Part shown: positions 17,041 through 25,856 of the stretch, piece by piece
How the letters are laid out: the number at the start of each line of letters is the position of its first letter
How positions within the stretch are numbered: position 1 is the stretch's first letter
Source of the DNA: Thermoanaerobaculia bacterium
GTDB taxonomy: Bacteria; Acidobacteriota; Thermoanaerobaculia; Gp7-AA8
NCBI GenBank assembly: GCA_036001325.1
Contig: DASYUK010000480.1
Span: 1,033-65,032 of the forward strand
Direction of reading: 5' to 3'
Length of the DNA: 64,000 bases
Made by a program: the position numbers and the translations under genes
The notes under the pieces: model-generated
The model's database searches: none
What the model saw: the letters and a program-made list of their open reading frames with translations, nothing else
Told to the model about the DNA's origin: nothing

Positions 17041-17759
17041 GCCAGACGGTCGACCTTCTCTTCGTCGCCGCGCATGCCGATGACCTCGAGCTCTCCTGTG
17101 GAGGAACGATCGCCAAAGCGGTGAGCGATGGCACCGCGGTCGGCATGCTGGAGCTGACGCATGGCGAGATGGGAACGCGCGGCACGACGCAGACGCGAAA
17201 GCGCGAGGCGAAGAAGGCCGCGCAGATTCTCGGTGTCGCGTTTCGCGAGCATCTCGATTTCGGCGACGGCGGCCTGCGCACAGGTCGCGACGAGGAGATG
17301 CAGTTGATCGAATTTCTCCGCCGCGCGCGGCCGAAGCTCGTTTTCGCGCCCTGGCCGGATGAGCGCCATCCCGATCACGTGCGCACCGGCAAGATCGTCA
17401 CCGACGCCTCGTTCTACGCCGGTCTGCGGCAGATTCACACGAAGTTCGCCGCGCATCGGCCACAGGCAGTGATCTATTACATGCAGAATTACCTGCTGCA
17501 CCCGTCGTTCGTGATCGACGTGACGGATTCCTGGGAAACGAAGATGAAAGCGATCGGCGCTTTCCAATCGCAGTTCTTCAACTCGAAGTCGAAGGAGCCG
17601 CGAACGTTTGTTTCCGAACAGAGGTTCATGGAGATGATCGACGCCCGCGGCAAACATTTCGGCGGGCTGATCGGCGCCCGGTACGGCGAGGGGTATCTGA
17701 CGAAGCGACCGCCGCGGGTGGATGATGTGATTGCGGCTTATGCGGGACGAGAGGTGTAG
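17037..17759 (+). CDS. bshB: bacillithiol biosynthesis deacetylase BshB (LmbE/PIG-L family)
   Basis: AHADDLELSCGGTIAK...HPDH motifs of LmbE-like deacetylases; ATGA-type overlap with bshC. Confidence 0.85.
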   Translation: MSQTVDLLFVAAHADDLELSCGGTIAKAVSDGTAVGMLELTHGEMGTRGTTQTRKREAKKAAQILGVAFREHLDFGDGGLRTGRDEEMQLIEFLRRARPKLVFAPWPDERHPDHVRTGKIVTDASFYAGLRQIHTKFAAHRPQAVIYYMQNYLLHPSFVIDVTDSWETKMKAIGAFQSQFFNSKSKEPRTFVSEQRFMEMIDARGKHFGGLIGARYGEGYLTKRPPRVDDVIAAYAGREV

Positions 17760-17767
17760 TCGTTTGT

Positions 17768-17818
17768 CGTTGGTCCCTGGTCGTTAGTCAACGACTAACG
17801 ACCAGGGACTAAGGACCA
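17768..17818. promoter_or_regulatory. 15-bp perfect stem-loop with outer stem sequestering the bshA Shine-Dalgarno
   Basis: ccctggtcgttagtc aac gactaacgaccaggg, flanked by tggtcc...ggacca that includes AAGGA 5 nt upstream of bshA ATG. Confidence 0.6.
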
Positions 17819-17819
17819 A

Positions 17820-18983
17820 ATGCGAATCGGCATCACCTGCTACCCCACCTTCGGCGGCTCCGGTGTCATCGCCACGGAGCTCGGCATCGCTCTGGCCCGG
17901 CAGGGCGACGACATCCATTTCATCAGCTACGCACTTCCGTCGCGTCTCAACATCCTGCTGCACGAGCGCGTGCACTTCCATGAAGTGACCGTCACCGCGT
18001 ATCCGCTTTTCGATCCCTATCCGCCGTACACGCTCGCGCTGGCGACGAAGATGGCCGAGGTGGCGGCGTACGAGAAGCTCGATGTACTTCATGTGCATTA
18101 CGCCATCCCTCACGCCATCAGCGCCTATCTCGCCAAACAGATCCTCGGCGCGCGCGATCTCAAAGTGATCACCACGCTGCATGGAACGGACATCACGCTT
18201 GTCGGTCGCGATGAGAGCTATCTCCCGATCACCAAGTTCGGCATCGAAGTGTCCGATGGCGTGACCGCTGTATCGCAGTGGCTGAAGAACGAGACCGCGC
18301 GCAATTTCGGTACGCAGAAACCGATCGAGGTGATCTCGAACTTCGTCGACCCCGATCGCTTTCAGCATCATCGCAGCGCGTTCTGTCACATGTTCGGCGC
18401 ATCGACCGACAAGCTGGTGTGCCACGTCTCCAACTTCCGTCCGGTGAAGCGCGTCATGGATGTGATCAGCATCTTCGAAAAAGTGTCGCGCGTGGTGCCG
18501 AGCCGTTTGATGATGATCGGCGACGGGCCCGATCGCTCGCGCGCCGAGGCCTATTGTCGCGAGCATCGTCTGCGCGATCGCGTCTTCTTCCTCGGCAACG
18601 TTCCCAACCTCGAAGAGATCCTCGGCGGCAGCGATTTGTTTTTGCTTCCGTCGGAATCGGAGTCGTTCGGTATGGCGGCGCTCGAAGCGATGGCGTCCGA
18701 GGTCCCTGTGATCGCTACGCGCGCAGGCGGGTTGCCGGAAGTGATCGAAGACGGAGTGAATGGATATCTTCTTTCGGTCGGCGACGTCGAGGTCATGGCC
18801 GAGCGCGCGATCGAGATCCTTTCGAACGACGACGTCGGGCGGAAAATGGGCGCGGCCGGCCGCGCCATCGCGATCGAGAAGTTCGCCGAAGAAAAGATCG
18901 TGCCGCGGTATCGGGAAATGTACGAACGGGTGCTCGACCTTGAGCCCTCTCCCACCGGGAGAGGGTGGCCGAAGGCCGGGTGA
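17820..18983 (+). CDS. bshA: N-acetyl-alpha-D-glucosaminyl L-malate synthase BshA (GT4)
   Basis: MRIGITCYPTFGGSGVIATELG... strong match to BshA; last ~13 codons are encoded by the repeat element. Confidence 0.85.
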   Translation: MRIGITCYPTFGGSGVIATELGIALARQGDDIHFISYALPSRLNILLHERVHFHEVTVTAYPLFDPYPPYTLALATKMAEVAAYEKLDVLHVHYAIPHAISAYLAKQILGARDLKVITTLHGTDITLVGRDESYLPITKFGIEVSDGVTAVSQWLKNETARNFGTQKPIEVISNFVDPDRFQHHRSAFCHMFGASTDKLVCHVSNFRPVKRVMDVISIFEKVSRVVPSRLMMIGDGPDRSRAEAYCREHRLRDRVFFLGNVPNLEEILGGSDLFLLPSESESFGMAALEAMASEVPVIATRAGGLPEVIEDGVNGYLLSVGDVEVMAERAIEILSNDDVGRKMGAAGRAIAIEKFAEEKIVPRYREMYERVLDLEPSPTGRGWPKAG

Positions 18984-19038
18984 GGGGCGCGCCCCTCATC
19001 CGCCGCTGCGCGGCACCTTCTCCCGCGGCGAGAAGGTT
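18944..19038. repeat. three-hairpin dispersed repeat element, copy A (forward orientation)
   Basis: ccctctcccaccgggagaggg / gggtgaggggcgcgcccctcatcc / caccttctcccgcggcgagaaggt; homologous copies at 23633-23734 and (inverted) 53519-53614. Confidence 0.85.
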
Positions 19039-19043
19039 TCTGC

Positions 19044-21443
19044 TCACGGCTCCGCTCTCAATCCTCCCTGTGGTCCCGCATTGCCGTAGATTTCGTTGTA
19101 GCGACGGTAACTGTTCATCACTTTCCGCACGTAGTCTTTCGTCTCATCGAAGTTGATCGCGGAGAAAAACCAGTCGTCGCCTGCCGCGGGAGCGAGGCGC
19201 AACCAGAGGGCGACCTGTTTCGGCCCGGCATTGTAGGCGGCAGCGGTCCTGTACGAGTTCCCGTCGAATTGTTTCGACAGTTCACTGACGTACTTCGCGC
19301 CGAGCTTGATGATGACGCGCGGATCGTAGAGATCCTCCGGTGCCACGTCGATCAATCCGACGTCGCGGCCGATCTCGCGCGCGGTGGTGATGATGAACTG
19401 CAGCAGACCGCGCGCCGCAGCTTCCGATTTCGCGCGAGGATTGAATCGCGACTCCTCACGCATGATCGCGAGCACGAGCGTCGGGTCGGTGCCGAACTTC
19501 TGCGAATCCTCGACGATGAAGCCGTAGAAGTACCGCGGATAGAGCAACTGCCGCACGATGAGCGGCAGGAGATCGGGCAGATAGTCAGCGGGGGCCGATT
19601 TCATCAACACTTCGACCGCGTAAATCGACTCGCGCGAGGCGCCGCCGCGATTGAAGGCGATCGATTGCGTCAGCGCCGACTTCAGCGGTCGAAGGGGATA
19701 GTGCTGGCGCACCTGATCCGCCGCTTCGTCGTAGAGGCCCAGCGCCATCAGCAGCGTAGCGCGATCGTTCGGGTTGACATTCGGCAGGCGCGGCAGCGGC
19801 TCAGGCTGCAACTCGAGAATGTTTTTGTACGCGGGGGTCTGGCGGTAGATGTCGGCCAGCCGTTGCAGTTCGGGCGAGCGATTGCGCGACGACAGGAGAA
19901 TGCGATCGGTTTCGATCTGCCTGGCCACCGCGAATTGTTTCGATGCGATGAGATTTCTGACCTGCGCTTCCCGGATGATCAATTCCTGTGTGACTCGAGA
20001 TTGCATTGCAGCGCTCTCGAGCCGCTCGCGCGCGAAGTACGCGAAGTGCGTCGAGACAGTCGAGCGCAGGACGCCGAGGTATTCGTTGAATGCGGCGTGA
20101 AGGTCGCGGCTCTCGAGAGCGCGAGCGCGCCAATAGCCATACTCCGGAACGTCAGACTTGTCGAGGAGCTTGCGCGGGACAGAGTTGAGCACAGACAGTG
20201 CTGTGCCACTCTTTCCCGCGCCGAGAACGCCGGACGCGTAGGCAAGCGATCCTTCGACGACCGCGTGATCGTTCGGCGCGATCTTGCGAAGGAGCTGAAG
20301 ATCGGTCGCGGCATCGGCGAATCGCTTCTGCTTCAGGCGCGTGCGAATGCGCTGGGTGAGCGCCGCCGTCGTCGCCGGAAATCGTCCCACGACCGCAATC
20401 GTGGCCGTCATCAAGCGCTCCGCACCGGCGTCGTCGCCGCGAAGCTGCGCCGCCCGCGACGCGTGAAACAGAAAAGTGGCTTTGGCCTTCGCATTGACCG
20501 CCGTGTTCGCGCCGCGCATGTACGTCTGCTGCGCCTCGGCGTATTTCTCGTCGCCGAAGTAGCTGCGCCCGATATCGAAGAGCAGCTCATCGCGCCGAGC
20601 CGGCAAACCGCTCAGCGCAGCATTGAGCAGGACGACGGCGCGATCGAACCGGCGATGGTTCCGCAACGCGTCGCCGATGGTCGCTTTCTGTTCGGCGTTC
20701 ATGCGTGCGACGAGGTCGGAACGATCGAGCGCCCGGCTGACTCGATCCGCCGCGTCGTCCGTGGTTCCGCCTTTGAGAAGCGCAATGCCGCCGGCAAACG
20801 CATTGGCCAACTGGCCGGCGCGGAGTTGCGACTCCACGATGCGAGCGCTCAGCTCGCGACGGCGTGCTGTGCTTGCGGCCGGCGTGACGGCGCGGACGAA
20901 TGCGACGAGAGGCGACGGGTCGCCGAGGGATTGCAGGTAATCCGCTTCTTCGTCGATGGCCTGGTCGCGATAGAAAGCCTGAGGGTATTCCGCGATGAGC
21001 TGCTGGCGAACACGGCTCGCTGCGGCTCGGTCGTCATTGGCCTGATCGATCTCGGCCTGGTGATACAGGGCGAGGTCGCGGAAGGCGCTTTTCGCATCGA
21101 GGAACGGAGCGAGTTTGCGCGCCGCGTCTCGAAGCTCGTTTCGCTCGATGAGCACACGCGCATGCAGATAGCCGAGCGAGTAACGCGCGTATAGATCGGC
21201 ATCGTGCTGTTCGATCTGATCGAGCAGCTCTTCGACCTCAGTGGGCGACAGCCGCTCGAACTCTTCGGTCCACCGCTCGACGGGAGGAATGCCCGCGGGC
21301 GGTTTGGCGCGACGCTCGGCCGGAGCAGCTCGAAACACGCGATGACGTCGCAGGCGCTGCTGTGAGATGACGATGGCGAGAATCGCGATCGCAGCGAGAA
21401 CCGCCGCTCCCGCCCCAACCGATATCCAGAGGCGTTTCCTCAA
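19044..21443 (-). CDS. slt: soluble lytic murein transglycosylase (Slt70-like: TPR-like superhelix + SLT domain)
   Basis: C-terminal SLT catalytic motif ...LAIMREESRFNPRAKSEAAARGLLQF...AAYNAGP...; N-terminal TM anchor. Confidence 0.85.
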   Translation of the reverse strand: MRKRLWISVGAGAAVLAAIAILAIVISQQRLRRHRVFRAAPAERRAKPPAGIPPVERWTEEFERLSPTEVEELLDQIEQHDADLYARYSLGYLHARVLIERNELRDAARKLAPFLDAKSAFRDLALYHQAEIDQANDDRAAASRVRQQLIAEYPQAFYRDQAIDEEADYLQSLGDPSPLVAFVRAVTPAASTARRRELSARIVESQLRAGQLANAFAGGIALLKGGTTDDAADRVSRALDRSDLVARMNAEQKATIGDALRNHRRFDRAVVLLNAALSGLPARRDELLFDIGRSYFGDEKYAEAQQTYMRGANTAVNAKAKATFLFHASRAAQLRGDDAGAERLMTATIAVVGRFPATTAALTQRIRTRLKQKRFADAATDLQLLRKIAPNDHAVVEGSLAYASGVLGAGKSGTALSVLNSVPRKLLDKSDVPEYGYWRARALESRDLHAAFNEYLGVLRSTVSTHFAYFARERLESAAMQSRVTQELIIREAQVRNLIASKQFAVARQIETDRILLSSRNRSPELQRLADIYRQTPAYKNILELQPEPLPRLPNVNPNDRATLLMALGLYDEAADQVRQHYPLRPLKSALTQSIAFNRGGASRESIYAVEVLMKSAPADYLPDLLPLIVRQLLYPRYFYGFIVEDSQKFGTDPTLVLAIMREESRFNPRAKSEAAARGLLQFIITTAREIGRDVGLIDVAPEDLYDPRVIIKLGAKYVSELSKQFDGNSYRTAAAYNAGPKQVALWLRLAPAAGDDWFFSAINFDETKDYVRKVMNSYRRYNEIYGNAGPQGGLRAEP

Positions 21444-21895
21444 GATTGCTCAGGCGCGAGCGTGCCGCTCAGTAACGCATGCGGCGCGCGCCGGAGGATC
21501 TCGGCTCGCGCAATGGCATAGCCAAGGATGGCGTCGACGAGCATGCGCCGTCCGTCGCGCGAGAGAAGAATGAGCACCTTCTGTTTCACCTCGCGGATCT
21601 CGACGATGTCTTCCCACCGCATCCACTGGCTGCGCTTCCCGAACCACGACAACAGCCGGTTCTCGTACATCACGCCGATGTCACTGAAATAGATGTGATC
21701 GCCGTACTGCAGCGCCATCGCCGCCAGCGTGGCGAGGAACAGGAGGATCAGGCCGATGATCGGCAGCGGGCGGATGTCGTCGGCGCTGTTGGCCAGGTAA
21801 GTGAAGAACAAGGCGGCCGAAGCGAACGACGACGCGCAGGAGATGAGGCGTGGAACGGGAGGACGATCGAAAACGAGGATCTGTTTGGTCGTCAT
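21440..21895 (-). CDS. hypothetical 2-TM membrane protein (bacterial PH-like)
   Basis: 151 aa; no strong family match. Confidence 0.45.
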   Translation of the reverse strand: MTTKQILVFDRPPVPRLISCASSFASAALFFTYLANSADDIRPLPIIGLILLFLATLAAMALQYGDHIYFSDIGVMYENRLLSWFGKRSQWMRWEDIVEIREVKQKVLILLSRDGRRMLVDAILGYAIARAEILRRAPHALLSGTLAPEQS

Positions 21896-21931
21896 TCGGG
21901 TCGATGTGTATGATGCCGAGCCTTCATCATC

Positions 21932-23674
21932 ATGCGCTGGTCACGTTACTTCATCAACACCCTTCGCGAAGTTCCGGCGGACGCCGACGTCATCAGTCAG
22001 AAGCTGATGATGCGCGCCGGAATGATCCGCAAAGTCGCGGCAGGAATCTACACCTATCTGCCGCTGGGATTGCGATCGGTGAAGAAGCTGGAGGCCATCG
22101 TCCGCGAGGAGATGAACCGCGCCGGATCGGTCGAGCTGCTCATGCCGGCGGTTCAGCCCGCCGAGCTGTGGATGGAATCGGGCCGCTGGCAGAAATACGG
22201 GAAAGAGCTTCTGCGCATCAAGGATCGCCACGAGCGCGACTTCGTCTTCGCTCCGACGCATGAGGAGGTCATCACCGAGACCGTGCGCGACGCGATCTCG
22301 TCGTACCGGCAGCTCCCGGTGAATCTCTATCAGATCCAGACGAAATTTCGCGATGAAGTGCGTCCACGCTTCGGCCTCATGCGCGGCCGCGAGTTCATCA
22401 TGAAGGACGCGTACTCGTTCCACACCTCGGCCGAATCCCTCGACGAGGTTTACGGAGCGATGCGCGAGGCGTACACGCGCGTCTTTCATCGCTGCGCGCT
22501 CGATCACGTGCCCGTCGAAGCGGACACCGGAGCGATCGGCGGATTGGTGTCGCACGAATTCATGGTGCTCGCGCAGTCGGGCGAAGACGCCGTGGTCAGT
22601 TGTCCGGCGTGCAAATACGGCGCGAACATCGAGAAGGCGACGTCGAAGTTCTTCAGCGACGAGCCCGAGCCGGCGCCGATGCTGGAGATGGCGCCGCTGC
22701 ATACGCCGGGAACGCAGTCGATCGATGACGTCGGCCGCTTTCTGAACAAGCCCACATCGCAACTCGTCAAGACCCTCGTCTTCGAAACGGAGAACGGACC
22801 GGTGATGGTTCTCGTCCGCGGCGACCGCGAAGGCAACCTGGTGAAGATCAAGAACCACCTCGGCGTGGATATGCTGGAGATGTTGCCCGACAGCCGCTTC
22901 GAAGCGGCGACCGGCGCGCCGGTTGGCTACTGCGGTCCGGTCGGAACGAAATGCGCGCGCGTGCTCGCCGACGTATCGCTGAAAAACCGGAAGAACTGGA
23001 TCGTCGGCGGCAATGTCAAAGACACGCACACGTCGAGTGTGAATCCCGGCCGCGATTTTCCGGAACCGGAGTGGGGTGATTTCACCACCGTCTTTGCGGG
23101 CGATCCGTGTCCTCGCTGCGGCACGCCGCTCGAGATTTATCGCGGGATCGAAGTGGGTCACATCTTCAAGCTCGGGACGAAGTACTCCGACTCGATGCAT
23201 TGCGTCTTTCTCGACGAGAAGGGCGAGCGCCAGCCGATGATCATGGGCTGCTACGGACTGGGCATCGGCCGCACTGTCGCCGCCGCCGTCGAGCAGAGTC
23301 ACGATGACGACGGCATCATCTGGCCGATGCCGATCGCTCCGTTCGAGGTGGTCGTCACCGCACTCGGTCGCGAGGAGGCCGTCGTCCGCACTGCCAACGA
23401 CGCGTACGAAAAGTTACTCGCCGCCGGTATCGATGTGCTCTTCGACGATCGCGATGAGCGTCCCGGCGTGAAGTTCAAAGACGCCGATCTCATCGGCTTC
23501 CCGCTGCGCGTTGCCGTCGGGGCGAAGAGCCTGGCCAACGGTCAGATCGAGTGGAGTTGGCGCAAGGACCGGTCAAAACAACTCGGAGCGCCGGAGGATG
23601 TTGTGGCGCGAGTGGTCGAGGAAGTGAAGAAAGCCCTCTCCCACCGGGAGAGGGCGGCGCGGAGCGCCGGGTGA
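21932..23674 (+). CDS. proS: proline--tRNA ligase (bacterial type with editing insertion)
   Basis: 580 aa; class II aaRS motifs and anticodon-binding C-terminus; last codons overlap repeat copy B. Confidence 0.95.
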   Translation: MRWSRYFINTLREVPADADVISQKLMMRAGMIRKVAAGIYTYLPLGLRSVKKLEAIVREEMNRAGSVELLMPAVQPAELWMESGRWQKYGKELLRIKDRHERDFVFAPTHEEVITETVRDAISSYRQLPVNLYQIQTKFRDEVRPRFGLMRGREFIMKDAYSFHTSAESLDEVYGAMREAYTRVFHRCALDHVPVEADTGAIGGLVSHEFMVLAQSGEDAVVSCPACKYGANIEKATSKFFSDEPEPAPMLEMAPLHTPGTQSIDDVGRFLNKPTSQLVKTLVFETENGPVMVLVRGDREGNLVKIKNHLGVDMLEMLPDSRFEAATGAPVGYCGPVGTKCARVLADVSLKNRKNWIVGGNVKDTHTSSVNPGRDFPEPEWGDFTTVFAGDPCPRCGTPLEIYRGIEVGHIFKLGTKYSDSMHCVFLDEKGERQPMIMGCYGLGIGRTVAAAVEQSHDDDGIIWPMPIAPFEVVVTALGREEAVVRTANDAYEKLLAAGIDVLFDDRDERPGVKFKDADLIGFPLRVAVGAKSLANGQIEWSWRKDRSKQLGAPEDVVARVVEEVKKALSHRERAARSAG

Positions 23675-23734
23675 GGGGCTAGCCTCTCGCCCCTCATCTG
23701 CCGCTTCGCGGCACCTTCTCCCGCCGGGAGAAGG
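23633..23734. repeat. three-hairpin dispersed repeat element, copy B
   Basis: gccctctcccaccgggagagggcgg...gggtgaggggctagcctctcgcccctcatc...caccttctcccgccgggagaagg. Confidence 0.85.
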
Positions 23735-23761
23735 CTCTGAGCGGTCTGCTATCCTTTTCTC

Positions 23762-25153
23762 ATGCGCAAATTTCGTCTCATCGCGCTTTGCCTGCTCGCC
23801 GCGACCCCCTTGGCCGCGCAGAACACCGACATCGAGTCGCTCTCCGGCCTTCAATTCAACTTCGGCAATCCCGGCGCACGCTCCCTCGGCATGGGCGGCG
23901 CGTTCCTCGGCCGCGCCGACGATGCCTCGGCAGCCGAGGCGAATCCCGCCGGCTTGACGATTCTGCGGAAGCCGGAGATTTCGGTCGAGGCGCGCAACTA
24001 CGTTGAACAGCAGCTCTTCACCACGACCGGCACATACCCGGATGTGGTTAGAACGCCGTTCACGCACTACAGCGACCGCGTGTCGATCAGCTTCGCCAGC
24101 GCTGTCTATCCGATCAAGAACTTCACGATCGGTCTCTACTTCCACGAGCCGCTGAAGAACGCCGGCGGCGGCATTGTCTTCCCGAAGTTCGATCAGAACA
24201 CCGGCCGCATCGTGACGAAGACACCGAACTTCTATCTGCCGAGCGGGGGCGGCGCGCCGATGAGTCAGGCCGCCTGCGTACAACTTCGCATCGACACAAA
24301 GAATCCGGCTGCTTGCCTCGAGTATCGCGTCGACCCGTTCATTTCCGCGCTCGACGTTCGTCAGCGCACCTGGGGCTTCGCCGCCGGTTGGCAGGTCCTG
24401 CCGAAGCTTTCCGTCGGTGCGAACGTGCGCGCGCAGTTCTTCAAAGAGGGAGCATTCACGAGCCGGTACGACGGCGTAACCTTCGATCTGAAGAACATCT
24501 CCGTGCAAGCCACCGCCCGCGCCAACGGTACGGACGTGGAGCTGACCGAAGAGCGTGACATCACCTTCGGCCTCGGATTCAAATATGCGCCGACGGACAA
24601 AATCAGCGTCGGCGGCGTCTACAAGCAGGGGGCGCGCTTCGACGCGCCGACATTCTTCCTGGGCTCACAAACCGGAGGAGAGTTCCTCAAGGTTGCCGAC
24701 ACCGTCTTTCACAATCCCGACATCGCCGGCGTCGGTATTTCGTATCAGCCAATCCCTGTCCTGACGATCAACGCGGACGCCGACTACGTGAAGTATTCGA
24801 ATCTCGTCGACGATTTCGTCTCGGTCGTCGCCGATGTCTCCAGCCTCAACCAACCATTCGTCGCGAAGAACGTCACCGAACTGCACATCGGCGCGGAGTA
24901 CTTTTTCGCGATCAAGGTGCCCTTCGCGATCCGCGCGGGCTACTGGCACGATCCGGCGCACGCCGTCACATGGAATGGTCCGCTCACGCGCGCCGACTAC
25001 ATCGCCGAGGCGATGCTCTATCCGAAGACGCAGGATCAGAACCATTTCTCGATCGGCGGCGGCTTCGCCTGGCCGAAGTTCCAGATCGATTTCGCGTACG
25101 ACACGGCGAAGTACTACAAGGTTGGATCGCTATCGATGGTGACGCGCTTCTAG
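23762..25153 (+). CDS. outer-membrane beta-barrel protein (FadL/PorV-like)
   Basis: Signal peptide; N-terminal GNPGARSLGMGGAFLGRADDASAAEANPAGL motif; alternating beta-strand pattern; C-terminal ...VTRF. Confidence 0.6.
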   Translation: MRKFRLIALCLLAATPLAAQNTDIESLSGLQFNFGNPGARSLGMGGAFLGRADDASAAEANPAGLTILRKPEISVEARNYVEQQLFTTTGTYPDVVRTPFTHYSDRVSISFASAVYPIKNFTIGLYFHEPLKNAGGGIVFPKFDQNTGRIVTKTPNFYLPSGGGAPMSQAACVQLRIDTKNPAACLEYRVDPFISALDVRQRTWGFAAGWQVLPKLSVGANVRAQFFKEGAFTSRYDGVTFDLKNISVQATARANGTDVELTEERDITFGLGFKYAPTDKISVGGVYKQGARFDAPTFFLGSQTGGEFLKVADTVFHNPDIAGVGISYQPIPVLTINADADYVKYSNLVDDFVSVVADVSSLNQPFVAKNVTELHIGAEYFFAIKVPFAIRAGYWHDPAHAVTWNGPLTRADYIAEAMLYPKTQDQNHFSIGGGFAWPKFQIDFAYDTAKYYKVGSLSMVTRF

Positions 25154-25834
25154 CGCTTCCAAAGATACGTTCATCAACTCGAACCGTTCCCAACTACGAA
25201 AATCGTAATGCCACCACTCGGATGGCAGCGGTTCGAAGCCGTGGCGCGTCATCGTTTCTCGAAGCTTGTCGCGATTGCGCATCGCCACCTCGGGCGCGTC
25301 GAAAAAATCGTGACGTGCCCGGTTGGTGAACTCGTCGTAGCCGCTCGGCATCTTCAGCTCTTCGCCGGTCTTCAGATCGATGAGCGTGAGATCGACCGCG
25401 GCGCCGCGATTGTGGCGTGACCCCTTCGACGGGTCGGCGACAAAGTCGGGATTCTTGATCGGCTCCCACATTCGCTCGGTGATGCTGTACGGGCGATACG
25501 CGTCGAAGATCTTGAGCCCGAGGTTGTCTTTGGCGAGCTCGTTCTCCACATCGTGGAGCGCGACCGCGGCGGGATAGCGCAAATATGCCTTCGCCACCGG
25601 ATAGAGCTGCTGGTGCATGAAGTTGTTCGTCGTCGCGTAGCGGATATCGAGCGCGATGCCGGGGATGAACGACTGCAGGTCGACGAGGTGCTTTTCGGGA
25701 TCGGCCGCAGCGAGCCGCTCGTACGTGGCGAGGTCGGGGACGACCTGTAACCCGTATCGATTCTTCGGAATCGACGGGTTGCTTGCGCAGGCGAGCAGAA
25801 ATGCAAGCGCGGCAAGGTTGAACGCTCGTTTCAT
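25130..25834 (-). CDS. ddpX: D-alanyl-D-alanine dipeptidase (VanX/DdpX, peptidase M15D), lipoprotein
   Basis: SRHNRGAAVDLTL and EWWHYD zinc-binding motifs; lipoprotein-like MKRAFNLAALAFLLACAS; 3' end overlaps the convergent OMP gene by 24 nt. Confidence 0.85.
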   Translation of the reverse strand: MKRAFNLAALAFLLACASNPSIPKNRYGLQVVPDLATYERLAAADPEKHLVDLQSFIPGIALDIRYATTNNFMHQQLYPVAKAYLRYPAAVALHDVENELAKDNLGLKIFDAYRPYSITERMWEPIKNPDFVADPSKGSRHNRGAAVDLTLIDLKTGEELKMPSGYDEFTNRARHDFFDAPEVAMRNRDKLRETMTRHGFEPLPSEWWHYDFRSWERFELMNVSLEALEARHHR

Positions 25835-25856
25835 CTCGCCTACTGTAGTCCGCCTC

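Noticed and set aside
18760-19156. Short ORFs translating the three-hairpin repeat (…GEGRAPHPPLRGTFSRGEKVS… / …RVRGAPLIRRCAAP…)
   Set aside because: The same peptide-like strings arise from every repeat copy in both orientations; they are products of the structured repeat, not genes.
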